Made by a program: the position numbers and the translations under genes
NCBI GenBank assembly: GCA_030390025.1
Contig: CM059431.1
Location: 131,876,001-131,940,000, forward strand
DNA from: Squalus acanthias
Lineage: Eukaryota
DNA length: 64,000 bases
Reading direction: 5' to 3'
Notes under the pieces: generated by a model
The model's input: the letters and a program-made list of their open reading frames with translations, nothing else
Database searches by the model: none
Told to the model about the DNA's origin: nothing
Part shown: piece after piece, positions 37,924 through 51,191 of the stretch
Layout: every line of letters begins with the position of its first letter
Numbering within the stretch: the stretch's first letter is position 1

Positions 37924-39109
37924 TACCATAAGAAGCTGGTGTGCCACCATCCCCTTTTAAAACAAAGTTTTAAAAAATGCCATTTTACCACTCTGACTGT
38001 CCTATCAGAGCGCGCTAGAATCGACTCAGTAGTGTCTTGTTTTCCCCATACTCTGTGCAAGCTACAATTTAGGCTGCTTTGTTATGGACATTTACACAGT
38101 TCCCAGATACTACAGGAACTCTTGTGCACCTAAGAAATGCTGCATAAAGTTTGCCCTGCTCAAGCTCAGTACTCTCTTGATGGGGCCAAGCCTGGTCCGG
38201 AAGGGTGGTGGGGATTAAGTCAATGGAAAGGAAAATTGGTTGGGATCTATAATGGGCGGTCGATCCGCTACCGCCCATTTTATGCTCCAGCTGAAGTTGA
38301 ATTTCACCCCGTGATTTTCAGTATAAATTAACTCTAAATAATAACTGGCTGCAAGACAGACGGTGTTTATTTGTTTATCAGAATTGCACCACAGTTCCAG
38401 TGTTTCCATAATTGTTATTGTTGTAATTCAGTTTTGTATCTGTTTATATTCTTCAACAGTATGTCGCACACTAGTATCCTCATCCCTTCTGATATTTTAC
38501 ACACCTCTTGTTATTTAGGCTTTTTGCGATTTTTTTTTCAAACATTGGAAAATTTCCCAATCCCTTCCACCTCTAACCATCCCATTCCCAGTTAGCGGAC
38601 ATTGGGGGAAAAAAATAACTTTTACAAAAAAAAACGAATGCTTTCCCAACACTTCAGAGAAGTGAGCCCTTTGTGTGTGCTCTTTCATAGGCATTTGATA
38701 AGTGACAAGTTGAACGTCCTTGATTGTCCCCATTAATGTCACATTGTAATGAAATACAGTAGCTTACAATTAGGCCTAATGATGCTAGAAAAACAATTGG
38801 CTATCATCAGGCTAAACATGGCGTTATAAAACCGACATTAATGACACATTAAACAAATGGTGATGATGCAGGAAATAATAAAAATAAATCATTCGCATGA
38901 TGTCTGGCTGAATCTTGAAGTAGCTGTTGCTGATTAGCTTTAATGTTCTTTAAAAATAGGAAAGTCAGGACTTATAATAATGGTTATTGCAATTCAAAAT
39001 ATAATTCATTGTGTGAAGCACTTTAAAATGCTTCAGCGTAAAAGGCACGATAGTGTTATTATCTATCCTGCATAGTTTCTGCAAACCTAGTTACACGCAT
39101 TCAGGAAAT

Positions 39110-41170
39110 GGAACCATAAAAGTTTACAGTGCAGAACAAGGCTATTTGGCCCACCATGGCTGGGCCAGCTCTTTGCAAGAGCAATTGAAAATTAATCCTA
39201 CTACCCTGTTCTCACTCAATGGCCCTGTAGATTCAAATGTTTATCCAAATTTCTCTTAAAAGATGCAGTGGTGTCTGCTTCAACCACTTTCTGTGGCAAA
39301 GTATTCCATGCTCCAACAATCTTATGTGAAAACAAATTTTTACTAACTTCTCTCTTCATTCTGTTAGTAACTGTTTTAAATTGATGCTTCGTCACTGACG
39401 TCCCAATCAGGGGAAATAGTCTTTCCCCATTCACTATGAAAAGCATCAATAATTTAAAAAAATCTCTTTTGAATCTCTATTAGCTTTCTCTGCTTCAATG
39501 GAAATAGTCCCACTATCTTAAGTCTCTCCTCACAAGTATAATGTCCCATCCTGGGCATCATCTTGATGAATCTATGCTGGACATTCTCCATGGCTTTAGA
39601 TGTTTTTTTTATAATGGGTGCCCAAACTGCACACAGTATTAACTGTGGGTTAACTAATGTTTTGTACACTCTTGTACTCTATGCCCCTTTTTATAAAACC
39701 CAAAATGCTGTTGGGACTTTTTTATGATTTTATCTATATGCACTCGTACTTTCAGGGAACTAGGTCTCATTGTTCATCCACACCTTCAGTGACTTTCCAT
39801 TGAGTGTATACTCCCATCCCTTGTTTTTACTCAACAAATTTCAGGAGTGTATGTCCTCTGCCCAGGTCCAAATCATTTATATATCCCTGATCCCTGGGGT
39901 ACAGCACTTCCAACCCTTTTCCAATCCATGCAACATTCATTTATCCTAACTCTTTGGTGGTGAAATCTTAGGTGGCAGCACAGAATGGATGTTAGCGAAT
40001 TGGTAGCCTGTTTTGCAATCCGCCCGATTTTCTTTTCCATTGAAGTTAATGGAAAACAAAATCTGACGGAGTATAAAACGGGCTGCTGCAATTCTTCAAA
40101 AACTCTATTGGGGGTGAAATTCACCTCCTTTGCGCCTGCAGTTAGCGCCTCCGGGGGGCGCTAACGGGGCGCAAAGGGCTTATCGTCCGGGCGGGGCGCT
40201 AATAGCGCATGCCGAGAAATTCGGCGGGGCCGAGCAACGCGACCCCTTAGCACCCCGCTGCGGACCCTTACCGCCCCACGGCCGAAATTCGGCTGCACCC
40301 CACGAGGCTGCTGCGAGCGATGTCAGCGACAGCCTTGTGGGTCGCGAACCGGGCTGCACACCGCTGGCAGGGCGGTAATTAAAGGGGCGGTCCAGCTGCA
40401 CCCTGCGCTGACATTTTTAATTTTGGCCGGCCTCCAGGTCGGCCCCTCTTGGCGGTCCTTGGCGTGGTCCGTAGCCGCCATCGTGCCAACCGGCACCGCG
40501 TCTCGGTGCTGGGCTATGGCCACGGCACCACGCCACCCTGGTGGGCTAGTGGAGGCTGTCAAATGGCCTGCAGAGTGCAGAGGGCCCTGCCCTTTATAAC
40601 GGAATGGGAGGGGCGCTGAAACATGACAGCGCTATGCGGAGCGGCCGCGTAGCGCTCCGGCGCTACCGCGCTTTGCGCCCAAGCACCGGCACTGGCACCA
40701 CCCCGAGAGGAAGCGGAGCGCCTGAGATAGTGTTCTGCTTTGTCGCCGGGGCGGTAAGCCCAATTTAGCCACTGGGGCAGTACTCCCGCCGCAGGCGCTA
40801 AATGTCTGGCAATAATTCAGTTACCACCCCCAAATGAGGCATTACTGAATTTCGCCCCCATTGTCTTTAATTAATCAGCCCTGACTGTCCTTGATAAACC
40901 CATGCATTTTTAAATGCTCACTAAGTGTATTTGTTTGCCGACAGCTGATGTTGGACGAACAAGACTGTTACTTTGTCTATTCTCCAGTCCCATGGCACAA
41001 TTTGAATATCGAAGGAGAATTTACAAATTGTGGCCAGAACCTCTTCTATCACCTCTCCGAGGTCTTTCAACAGTTTAGGGTGCATGTCATCAGGGCTTGG
41101 TGACTTACCCACCTTGAGTTCTGCTAACTTTTTCAGAACCAATTTCTTTTCCTGTTTAAATTTCTGAGTC
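39110..41170 (-). mobile_element. Old degraded CR1, interrupted by MITEs (39955-40090, 40110-40859)
   Basis: MYKTLVNPQL..AMENVQHRF; AVPQGS; KSPSPDDMHPKLLK..VPWDWR. Confidence 0.75.
40110..40859. mobile_element. GC/CpG-rich Harbinger MITE
   Basis: TIR GGGGGYGAAATTCA; TSD ATT (40107-09, 40860-62); left end homologous to 7560. Confidence 0.92.
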
Positions 41171-41650
41171 AGAAGAGAATTACACTTCAAAACAGGTACA
41201 ACTGTGAATGGTTTTAAGGCTGTTTCCAACTGTTCTGAAGTAACCCCTGAGAAACTTGTAGTTGAACCAAACAATGTCTGCTCACGCTGCACCCGCAGGG
41301 CGGGCTTAACAAGCTCAATCAGGGGAAAATCCCTCTGATTGGTCAGGCGAGGATGGAGGCAGGACATTGACATGATAAGCAGCAGTCCCGCCTCCAACTC
41401 GCCTCCATTCACAAAATCCAGCCCGTTGAGTCAATTGCTACATTACTGCAGTTGAATGCCAAATGCATCATTTTTGCACCAAAGTAGTTGTGCCAAAAGA
41501 AAAAATTTTGTGGTAAAATAGGCTGCCCATGGCCTCCCTGAGCGAGACTACCAATTTAGTGCCTATTAGTGTCACATCAACAGAGGTTTTGAGTTGTGGG
41601 CCTACAGTCACTTGGAACTGGATTGGGACATTCTAGGCCTAAAACACTTA

Positions 41651-42395
41651 GGGGGAAAAATTCAGCTGCTTGCGCCTCCCGTTAGCGCCTTAAGAGGGCG
41701 CTAATGGGGCGTAAAGCAGCTAACGCCCGGGCGCAGCGCCGCCCACGCCTCCCAAAAAATTCAGCGGGAGGTTAGCGGCGGCGCCAGCCGGTAGCGCCCT
41801 GTGGCGCTGCGCCGCCGGCGATGACGTCATCGGCGTGCGCAGCACCCCGCTCGCGCTCCAGCCGCGATCTTCAGTCGCGCCCCCTGATTTACCGCCAGAC
41901 GCTATGTCCGACGGGTTCAGGGAGGCGTACGTGCGGCCGGGGCGGCGATATTTAAAGGGGAGGTGGCAGGCGGCCATTTTTGTTGCTGGCCGCCTGCCAG
42001 CACCTGCCCCCGGCCCCCGTGAAGCCCCCCCACCGTGAAGTGCCGGCTGCGGTCCAAGAGCCCGGCACTTCTCTTGAGTGCCGGGCTCTTTTGCCGGCAC
42101 TCCCGATCCCTGGGGGCCCAGCTGGGCCCCGGTTCACGCTGCGCAGGGTCCCTCCCCTTTAAGAAGGGGAGGAAGGCCTGCAATACCGCGGCGCGACGTG
42201 CCACAGCGCGTGGCGCTGCGGCACGTAGCGCCAGGATATTCACTCGCAGCGCCCCAAGAGGGATGCGGGGTGCTTCCAGTGGCGCCCCGCTTCCCTCTTG
42301 GGGTGCAACCACTGAAGTTCCGGCGCGGGGCCGCTAATTTTTTCGGGGCGCGCGAGGTTAGCGCCCCAAATGGGGCGCGACTCAATTTTTACCCC
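41651..42395. mobile_element. GC/CpG-rich Harbinger MITE
   Basis: TIR GGGGKAAAAATTSAG; TSD TTA (41648-50, 42396-98). Confidence 0.93.
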
Positions 42396-44009
42396 TTAGA
42401 CCCAGCAATTAGAGGAAACTTTCATCCTATTAGTTTGGGCTGACTTTAAACCCAGTTCCCAGAAGTGAAAGGATAGTGTTTAACCCACTGCACCACCTAT
42501 TCTGTTTGACCTCACAATATTTAGTGCCTATTACTGTTTGAATATATCACAGGAGTTCCTCCTAATTTGCCAAGTTGATGGTGCCATAATAACCCATTTA
42601 TTTTTAATATTTTTGGCATTGCAACATCATAATCAATTTATGCTGCTTACACATGGAGCGCCTCTGGGATCCGTAGGCCACTACGCTGCGCACAACTCTG
42701 CAGCATTTCAAAGCACGTTTTCACTTGGGGCCTCGCACAAGCTAAGTGCTGATTTCCTTCAGAGGTCGACGGCGTACTCCTTAGCTACACCACCGAATGC
42801 AATTTCAGGGACAATATGTGGTTCAAGGAGCTCCATGGGATCCACTGAAGCAGTCGACAAAAAACAAAATGCTTGGTAATTCCTGATCTAATCCATCATT
42901 CGCATTGTTGAATCTGTATAATAGAGGTATTAGGATCTGTACTATATTAAGGATAATAATTTTCACTAAATTCCAATGAAGTAAACAATTTTGTCACTTG
43001 TATTTTCGATCAATTGAAAGTACACCAGTGACAACAAAGGAGTGTGTAACATCAGAACACCAAAGTAGTCCTGCTAATTTATTAAGGCCCATTTTATAGT
43101 GTGTTCTCCCATCCACCAACCATAATCCGGTAAATTCACTTTAGTATTGATCCCAGCTGCATGAGACCTGACCATCAGGAGCCAGTAGCACTAGTACGGC
43201 ACTACTAATGTAATATAAAAGTAACTCAGCAACATACTCAGAGAGTGGCCATTCCTACGTGGCTACTGGATGCAACACTGTTGAGTCACAGATGATGTCA
43301 CTGGTCAGAGTATTTGACATTCTTTTTGCAGACGATATTGATCAATTCAGCTGGTGTCTGTACCTGCAGCATTTTGTAACATAATCCTGCTGTGATCAAT
43401 ACCCTCTTCAAAAACCATGTTTACTGGAAGAATCAAGTCGAAATAAAGAAAGAGCTTTGCAGACGTTCTGCGAAAATGGATGTCAGTCATTTAAAGAAAC
43501 ATGATAGATAAAGTTCCACAATGGTCTATAAACCACTTAAAAGACTGAATCATTGATGCATAAAAGGGTGAATTATAAACAATAATGTGGTTATAGGCCC
43601 TAAAGCACTTATACCATGAGTTAGTTTTTAAAGTGCGGTATAAGCAAACGGTTCTGATGATTTGTACGTTGAAATGATCAATATCTTTTATTTTTAACAT
43701 CAAGGTTCACTCCTCCAAGTATATGGGGGCGATTTTATCCCTACTCGCTCAGCAGAAACCTCGCTGGTAGGCAGTTAAAATCTCCCTGGCTCTTACCTGT
43801 CTGAAAGCCACCATGATTGCATCATCTGCAATTTTAACCTTCTCTCCTGAGCAGGCAGCAAGGACACACGCCCAGAGCCAACAGGGTCCTTCTTTACGTA
43901 TGCATGTTGCGGCCCAATGACATCATTGACACCCGACTATAATTTTAACTCGGGTCTGAGCGGGGAATCCACCTGGAGTTAAATGGTTCAGTGGGTAAAT
44001 GTGGTGCTA

Positions 44010-44720
44010 CAACAACAACTTGCATTTATATAGGGCCTTTAACATAGGAAAACATCGCTAGACGCTTCACAGGAGCGTAATCAGAAAAAATTGATGGCTC
44101 CATATAGTGATACCACTATTCCCGGCCAGAATGGGCATGATTGGGTAATACCCCTGTCAGTCACGCCTGGAGACCTCACTGCTGTAACGTGCATAATTTG
44201 TATTATGTAACTATCCTCCACTCTGCATTTTGGTGGAGAAATAACCTTGCTTTTATGGGGAGATGTTGCTATAGTTTCAGCCATGAGTTCTTTTTGCTGT
44301 AGTTCATAGAGATTCTTTTTAAATAGATTCTGTTTGCTGTAAGTCCTGCTGTAAGTGCTGCCCCGCCTCCAACTCATTGGCTGACACAGTGGTGTCAATA
44401 GACACTTCAAAAATTGACACCGAGCCAAAGATGGAGATATTAGGAGAGGTGACTAAAAGCTTGGTCAAAGAGGTAAGTTTTAAGAAGGGTCTTCAAGGAG
44501 GGGAGACAGAGAGAGACGGAGCAGTTTAGGGAGTGAATTCCAGAGCTTAGAGCTTAGATGGTTAAAGACACGACTGCCAATGGTGGGGCAAAGGAAGTGG
44601 AGGATGCATAAGAGGCCAGAGTTGGAGGAACGTAGAGTTCTCGGAGGGTTGTAAGAAGTTACATAGATCGGGAGAGGCGAGGCTAGGAAGGAATTTGAAC
44701 ATGAAGACAACTATTTAAAA
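44010..44720 (-). mobile_element. L2 3' fragment containing a ~315-bp insertion
   Basis: Reverse-complement L2 tail acaacaacaacttgcatttatatag; YNPPRTLRSSNSGLL..KLWNSLP. Confidence 0.8.
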
Positions 44721-45293
44721 TTTAAAAGGGTAATGACAGTTGTATTCCAGTGGTGGCGCAAACAAGCGAGAAAATATGCGTATACCGATGTTCTGGCATA
44801 AAACGGACGTAAATCAGTTATGCACAATGTCTTTGGAAAAAAAACTGGTGCAACGGCAGTCTTACACCATAGTTACACTGAAATGTTCTGGGAAATTCTG
44901 AGCCGAGTATACATAGCTGTAGAGGTGCGTACACTTTACCGAGAAGTTTGAATTGATTGTGTACTTGTGTATGAGCTACATATCATTAAAGTAAACTGAT
45001 GGATGTCGCAAATGTCCGACGAACAAGGACCCACCTGAACAAAATGTCAATTTTTTATGATTTAATATATCTATACCTTTACAACACACTTATTTTATAT
45101 AGAACTTGTTCTGAGAAAATTCCTGGGCTGAACTGGTATGGCTGATGTGTAAAATTAGGCATTGCCAAGCCAGCTTCATTAAACATGAGGAACTGATAAG
45201 GAAATACTGGTCTATAAAAAATACAGAGTTCATATGTGCATCAAGTGCTACAGCTTGTGTAGAGCAACACTCTGAATGTAGGGGAGAAACATT

Positions 45294-45850
45294 GGGGAAT
45301 AAGTTCAACGTTGTTGTGCCCAATTTGTGGTCGTAAATGATCACAACAATGACGAATTTAGCAGTGCAACAGCCCACACCTGATCTGCACGTGCATTTGA
45401 GCCACTGCTAAATTCGTCAAGGCCTTTACTTAGGCGGCCTTAGCGGTTGCCTGAAATGAACACATTTCGATATTGAAAACAGGGTCCTGTTTGTAATATT
45501 TGTGAAGACTATTCAGACTGCGCAAGCTTCGACTATTTTTGTGATTCTACAGTGGCCTCCTGCCTCCACAGTAATACTGCGGCCACTGGCGGCCTGCCCT
45601 CGCACCCCCTCCCATTTGCCTCCCTGCCTCCTCCCCACAGGAGCCTGCTGAAGGCTACTGCCAGTGCTAATCCGGCTGATTTACCTTTTGGCCTGACTGG
45701 CGAGCTGCAACAAGGTGTCTGCAGCTTGCGTTAGGTTAACGAGGCCCAAGAACCAATATCAGAAAGTCCACGGGCCTGCCTCTTCTGGCGCGCACATCAA
45801 TCGCTGCAGCCATTTTTGTCCGTATTCAGGCGCTAGCAAATTTAGGCCCC
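45294..45850. mobile_element. Probable Harbinger-type MITE, diverged
   Basis: Right end gcaaatttaggccc and internal palindromes; left end uncertain. Confidence 0.45.
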
Positions 45851-48800
45851 ACTGATGGTGAAATTAGTCTTGGCCAGTCGTGCAAAATGGGCAATAGCGA
45901 ATCGGCAGCCTGTTCTACATCCTGCCCAATTTTCTTTTCCAATTTAGTCAATTGATTCATTGAGGTATTACATGGGGGAGGCAGCTTGATAAATAACTCT
46001 GCATCCTTCATATGCCTGCATAGCAGGTACAAACCATGGCAACATGCACTCATTGCCCAATCTCTTCTTTCAATTATTGTACATTCTCTTAATTCAAGTC
46101 ATGCAATAACTAACGTGAATTATTAAAATTATCCATTTATAGTCAGAAGATTAAGGATTGCTGGGGTGGTACCTCAAACGGTGTTACCATTTCTAGAAAA
46201 TTCTGAAGAAGATGAAATGCAATTCAATATGCAGGTCAGTCCACTTTAATCCGTGGCTCCTCAAAATTGCATTGGACGAATTGTCCTTCTTTCTGCAATG
46301 CAGACTAGACCAAACCTCCATGATTAGCATACTTGGAGTTCAAGCACTAAATGGATCAAAGATTTATTTGATGATATTGGCTTGTAAAGGTGATAAATGA
46401 CTAATGAATCTTTATGATAGCATTTCCTAAAGTCAAATCCTATTGCAGTTAACTAATTTCTGCAGTGCCTTTGGTCCCACACACACATCCATGCAGGTGT
46501 ATACCAGGAGCTATCCAGATGGCAGTTTGAAGGAATCTTTCATTCGGGAATTGTACCTATAAAATTTGAGGAGAAAGGAAGTAACTCACTCCCTGTCGGG
46601 CCAGTTGGTTTGCAACAGTATTTATTAGACCTAAGTGAGTTACGATGAGGTGACTTTAATATTCTAATTTTTTTGAAAAACTATTGTAATTATACATTTC
46701 TTTTATATTAGCTAAAGATTTACTTTGCTGCATCTTAACCTGGCAGTAAAGAACTACTAATTCATATTCAAGGTATCAAGTCAGACAGTTGGATTTGTAA
46801 TTCTAACTTTGATGAGGATGAAGATTTGACTTTGGAAGAAAAAGACTAATTCTGAAATTTAACCCACTGCATAGGCTGTCCCACATTACCAGCAGTGACG
46901 CACTGATCCCCACTCCTCATCATTGTCTACTCTTGGCAGACCAGATAGCATCACAGTCATATTTTGTGAGAGATGACATTTTGTGGTCTTCAGAGAGCAA
47001 TCACTTGGGTGGTGGTGTAGCCAGGGTTTGGTTTAGCAGCCCTGTATGAACCTTGGAGGGATGCCTTGGATAAGAAGGGATCACACAGGGGAGTTTAAGT
47101 TGCTGCTGAGAGACTAAGCTCAGTGGTTTTACTGGTGTGCTAAGCAGGTCTTGGTTTAGCAGAGCATCAAATGGCTACAGAATTCAGGAACTGCAGGTTA
47201 TCAAGACACATTCCCACTGTAGCTATTGCTTTTGCTTGTTGTCTGCCTGTTTCTTTCTTAGCCAGCAGATCTGCTTTGTTCAGACCGCAATTCTGTCTGC
47301 AGGATCTTTCAAGTTTAGTGCTTTCCAATCATTGTCCTCAGCTGGGGCTTTGCTCTGTGAATGGAAAGGGCAGTATTATAAAATACAGCACAGAGGAGCG
47401 TGGTTTGCAGCTGTGTGCTGGCAGCTCAGCTGAGCGCGTGAATTCTAGGCTTGCCGCTGCATTAATGGAGTGTACACTTTCTATCTTGTGGGGCTGAAAG
47501 GGAGGCTGGAATGGAAGATCTACGTTGCTAGAAGGCTTTGAAGCCTGACCAAAACCAGAGTGCGGCAGAAGAGGGTTGAGCTACTGTTTTCCTACTTTGA
47601 TTTTCCAAAGAGCCCATCTTTTTCTGTGCTGTATAATGATGTGAGGCTCTTAATTGCTTTCCTGGCTGTCCTCTAAGTACTGTGGGGGAAATTTATTTGA
47701 AGAATTGGTACCTGGTCCTGGAACTGCTACTTGAAGAAGTTGGTTTACTCAAAAAAAATCAAATCAAAGGATCTGTGATAAAGGTATAGCTTTAGTTATG
47801 TTTTTACCATGGTTTTTTCCCAAAATATTTTGGGGGTGAAGAGTCATCAGTGGTGTATGTTTTTTTTGTATAATAAAGGTGCACATAGCAGACCATGGTG
47901 TAAAAATAATCTACCTCATAATGTTCTTGCTCTGCTGATTGCTACTGTGTTTGCTAAAATTCCAGGTCAGATGGCAAACCAAGCCTCCAATCAGACTCCA
48001 ACTCATCTCATGTAGAATAAGGCCTCCAACCAATTGGTGGGCAATCGTGGGATGATATGTAATACCTTTCAGTTGCCATGGCAACATTCAAGTACTACAG
48101 AGCATGGTATCACAATAGTGTATGTAGTTTTATTAATAGGTTTTAAAACCTTAAAGTTGATAAATTATTAAAATGTAAAATACCTAAATTTGGGAGGTTT
48201 TTCAAACATTGTGGCATCTATTGCCTGCAGGTAGTTAATCTTCCTGGGATGCTTTCTGGTAGACAGGTGAGAAATGTTCATGACAGAGAGCCATACACCT
48301 AACTACAAATCTAGGAAGTGTCTTCAGTCTCACAAAAAGAATAAAGAGAAAAATATTTGACAACTGCAGTCTTGTCTGTTCTAACTCATTTTGGACCTTT
48401 CCCTTTAAATGACCTCTGAACACTTGATGAATTCATCACAGGAGCACATAGCAAATGAAGTGGTGTTTTTCATTATTGAAAATATAGATACACAGTCCTT
48501 GAAGCTTGCATTATGTATCAGAGCAGTTCTTGTGACACTTGTTGAATTCATCCTTGTGGCCACATATAGTAACTGTTAATGGAATGGCTTCAGCTGCCGG
48601 ATAAGACCCAGAAACCACTTATTGCTCTGAAAGATTTCTCTTGGAAGCATTAGCTCCCAAAGTCAGCACTTAGTCTTTGTGTCCTGACTTTTCTACTGCT
48701 GTGCTGAAGATATGTTCTCTAAGTCTTATCTATCATTGTTAATGTGCCATTACTTTCATTACCTATCTGTGGACAGTTCTTTTTAGATGGTAGTGCTTTA

Positions 48801-49289
48801 GCTGGGGAGAAAAAATTGCCATGGGAGGAAGGGGAAGACATTTTACTGAGGATGAAATTCTGTAGTTGTTCGAACAGAAAAGTACTGAAACCCTTAACAG
48901 AGCAAAGTGAATATCGTGGTTGTGTGTTCTGCAATGCTTGCCGCATTATGGGAGTGCTGTGCAGTTAATATCCTATTACTAAATAGAATTTTATTTTATT
49001 AGTCATCAGGCTGTGGACAATGCTGGCAAGGCTGCATTTGTTACCCATCCCCTAAGCAATTGTTAGTACAACTGAGTGACTTGTTAGGCCACTTCAGAAG
49101 GCATTAAGAATCAACCACGTAGTGTGGGACTGGAGTCACATGTAGGCCAGACTTGGTAAGGGTGACAGGTTCCCTTCCCTGAAGGATATTGGTGAGTCAG
49201 TTGGATTCTTATGACAATCTGATAGCTGTCATGGTCCATAACTTAACAGATTTCTTGAGTTCAATTTCACAACTTGCTGTGGTGGGATT

Positions 49290-51191
49290 TGAACTCATGA
49301 ACTCCAGGAGGAGGAGGAGAAGAAGGAGGGGTAGATGGGCTCTCAGCAGGAGGCCTTACCCACCTAGGGTCTTCTGAGAGAAATTCTTTTACCTCAGCCT
49401 GAGCCAGGAGCGTCTGCGCTTTACGAAGGAGGTGCTCATCTGCCACCTCTTGCAACCAGTCCTGCAGCCTCACTCCAGGGCAAAGACACCGCTGCCAGTG
49501 GCTGTGAAGATGACAGTGGTCCTGAATTTCCTTGCGTGGGATCCTTCCAGGCTGGAGCAGGCGACATCTGTAACATCTCCCAGTTCGCCGTCCACTGCTG
49601 CATAAGAGAGGTGACAGACACTCTTTATGCCAGGAAAGAACATAAGAAATAGGAGCAGGAGTAGGCCATACGGCCCCTCGTGCCTGCTCCACCATTCAGT
49701 AAGCTCATGGCTGATCTTCGACCTCAACTCTACTTTTCCACCTGATCTCAATATCTCTTGATTCCCCTAGAGTCCAAAAATCTATCTATCTCAGCCTTGA
49801 ATATACTCAAAGACTCAGTATCCACAGCCCTCTGGGGCAGAGAATTCCAAAGATTCGCAACCCTCTGAGTGAAGAAATTCCTCCTCATCTCAGTCTTAAA
49901 TGGCCTACCCCTTATCCTGAGATTATGCCCCTAGTTCTAGACATTCCAGCCAGGGCAAGCCACCTCTATTTCCTGATCTTCCGAGCCGAGATCCTTTCTC
50001 TCTACTGTCCTTATGTCATCCTTTATTATCAGGGCTACCCCCACCCCACTTTTCCATTCTGCCTGTCTTTTCGAAACGTCAAGTACCCTGGAACATTTAG
50101 TTCCCAACCTTGGTCACCTTGCAACCACACCTCTGTTACGGTTATTAGATCAAACCTATTTATCTCTAGTTGTGCCATTAGTTCGTCTATCTTGCTATGA
50201 ATGCTTCGTGCATTCAGATAAAGAGCCTTTAATTTAAATTTTTTACCATTATTCCCTGCTTTGACCTTATTCTCTGCTGCACTGCTGCCGTTAAACTCTG
50301 TCCCTTCCCGTCACACTCTGCTTATTTTTACCCAAATCGCTACACTGCTCTATTGCCTTGACTTTTCCTTTAGATTTCTAAATTTCCCCTCACCTGACCC
50401 CTCCCCCCCTTTTTTAGTTTAAAGCCCTATCTACAGCCCTAGTTATTTAATTCGCCAGGACGCTGGTCCCAGCCTGTCCCGACGGAACAGCTCCCTCTTT
50501 CCCCAGTACTAGTGCCAGTGCCCCATGAATTGAGAGGGGAATTCATTGTCTTCTCTCTAGCCAGAGAGAAGCAGGCAGAGCATGCATGTGGCTTTGCCAG
50601 AATAGCGGACTTCTCCATGGTGCAGGGCACCATTGACTGCATGCATGTGGCTTTGCGGGCACCGCATCTAAATGCTGAGATGTACCGAACCCGCAAAGAT
50701 TACCACTCGCTGAATGTGCAGTTGGTGTATGATGATGCTCAGCACATCATAATGGTAAATGCCCGGTATCCTGGCAGTAGTCATGATGCTTTTATTCTGT
50801 GCCAGCCTGCTGGTGCCTCAGTCTTTGAGCCACCACAACAAACTAGAGGATGGCTACTGTGAGACAAGGGCTATCCGCTGACCATCTGGCTCATGACTCC
50901 GCTGCGCAACCCACAACACACGCACACGTGGGCAGCATGCATATAACCAATGCCATGCTGCCACACGGAATCTGATAGGAGCCCTGCAGTACTCGCCAGA
51001 GCACGTCTCAAAATTCGTCATAGTCTGCTGCATGCTCCACAACATCGCAATCATGAGGGCACAGCCCTTGCCACCAGGCATACAGCGACCAACTGAGGAG
51101 GAGGAAGAAGTGGAAGAGGAGGAGGCAACCCAGAGAGCCCCTTTCTGCCAGGGCTGTCCATGATCGACTCATCTGACTGTGGTACCAGTGA
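49290..51191 (+). pseudogene. Harbinger transposase, split by CR1 49637-50531
   Basis: LSRRPYPPRVF; LPVAVKMTV; QGTIDCMH, HSLNVQLV, PGSSHDAFIL; CCMLHNIAI. Confidence 0.9.
49637..50531 (-). mobile_element. Internally deleted CR1: ORF1 end + ORF2 start fused to the 3' end
   Basis: CR1 tail at 49637; junction near 49957; APE start (LNARSI, TEVWLQG); ORF1 esterase-like C-terminus FMGHWH.YWGKRELFRRD..TRAVDRALN*. Confidence 0.8.

Noticed and set aside
40110..42395. CpG-island gene promoters and the many GC-rich ORFs
   Set aside because: Both islands are bounded by TIRs and 3-bp TSDs; the ORFs are low-complexity artefacts of high GC
46455..46585. Possible internal exon (cag|...GTAACT)
   Set aside because: Weak splice signals and an unrecognisable translation; cannot be supported without RNA data
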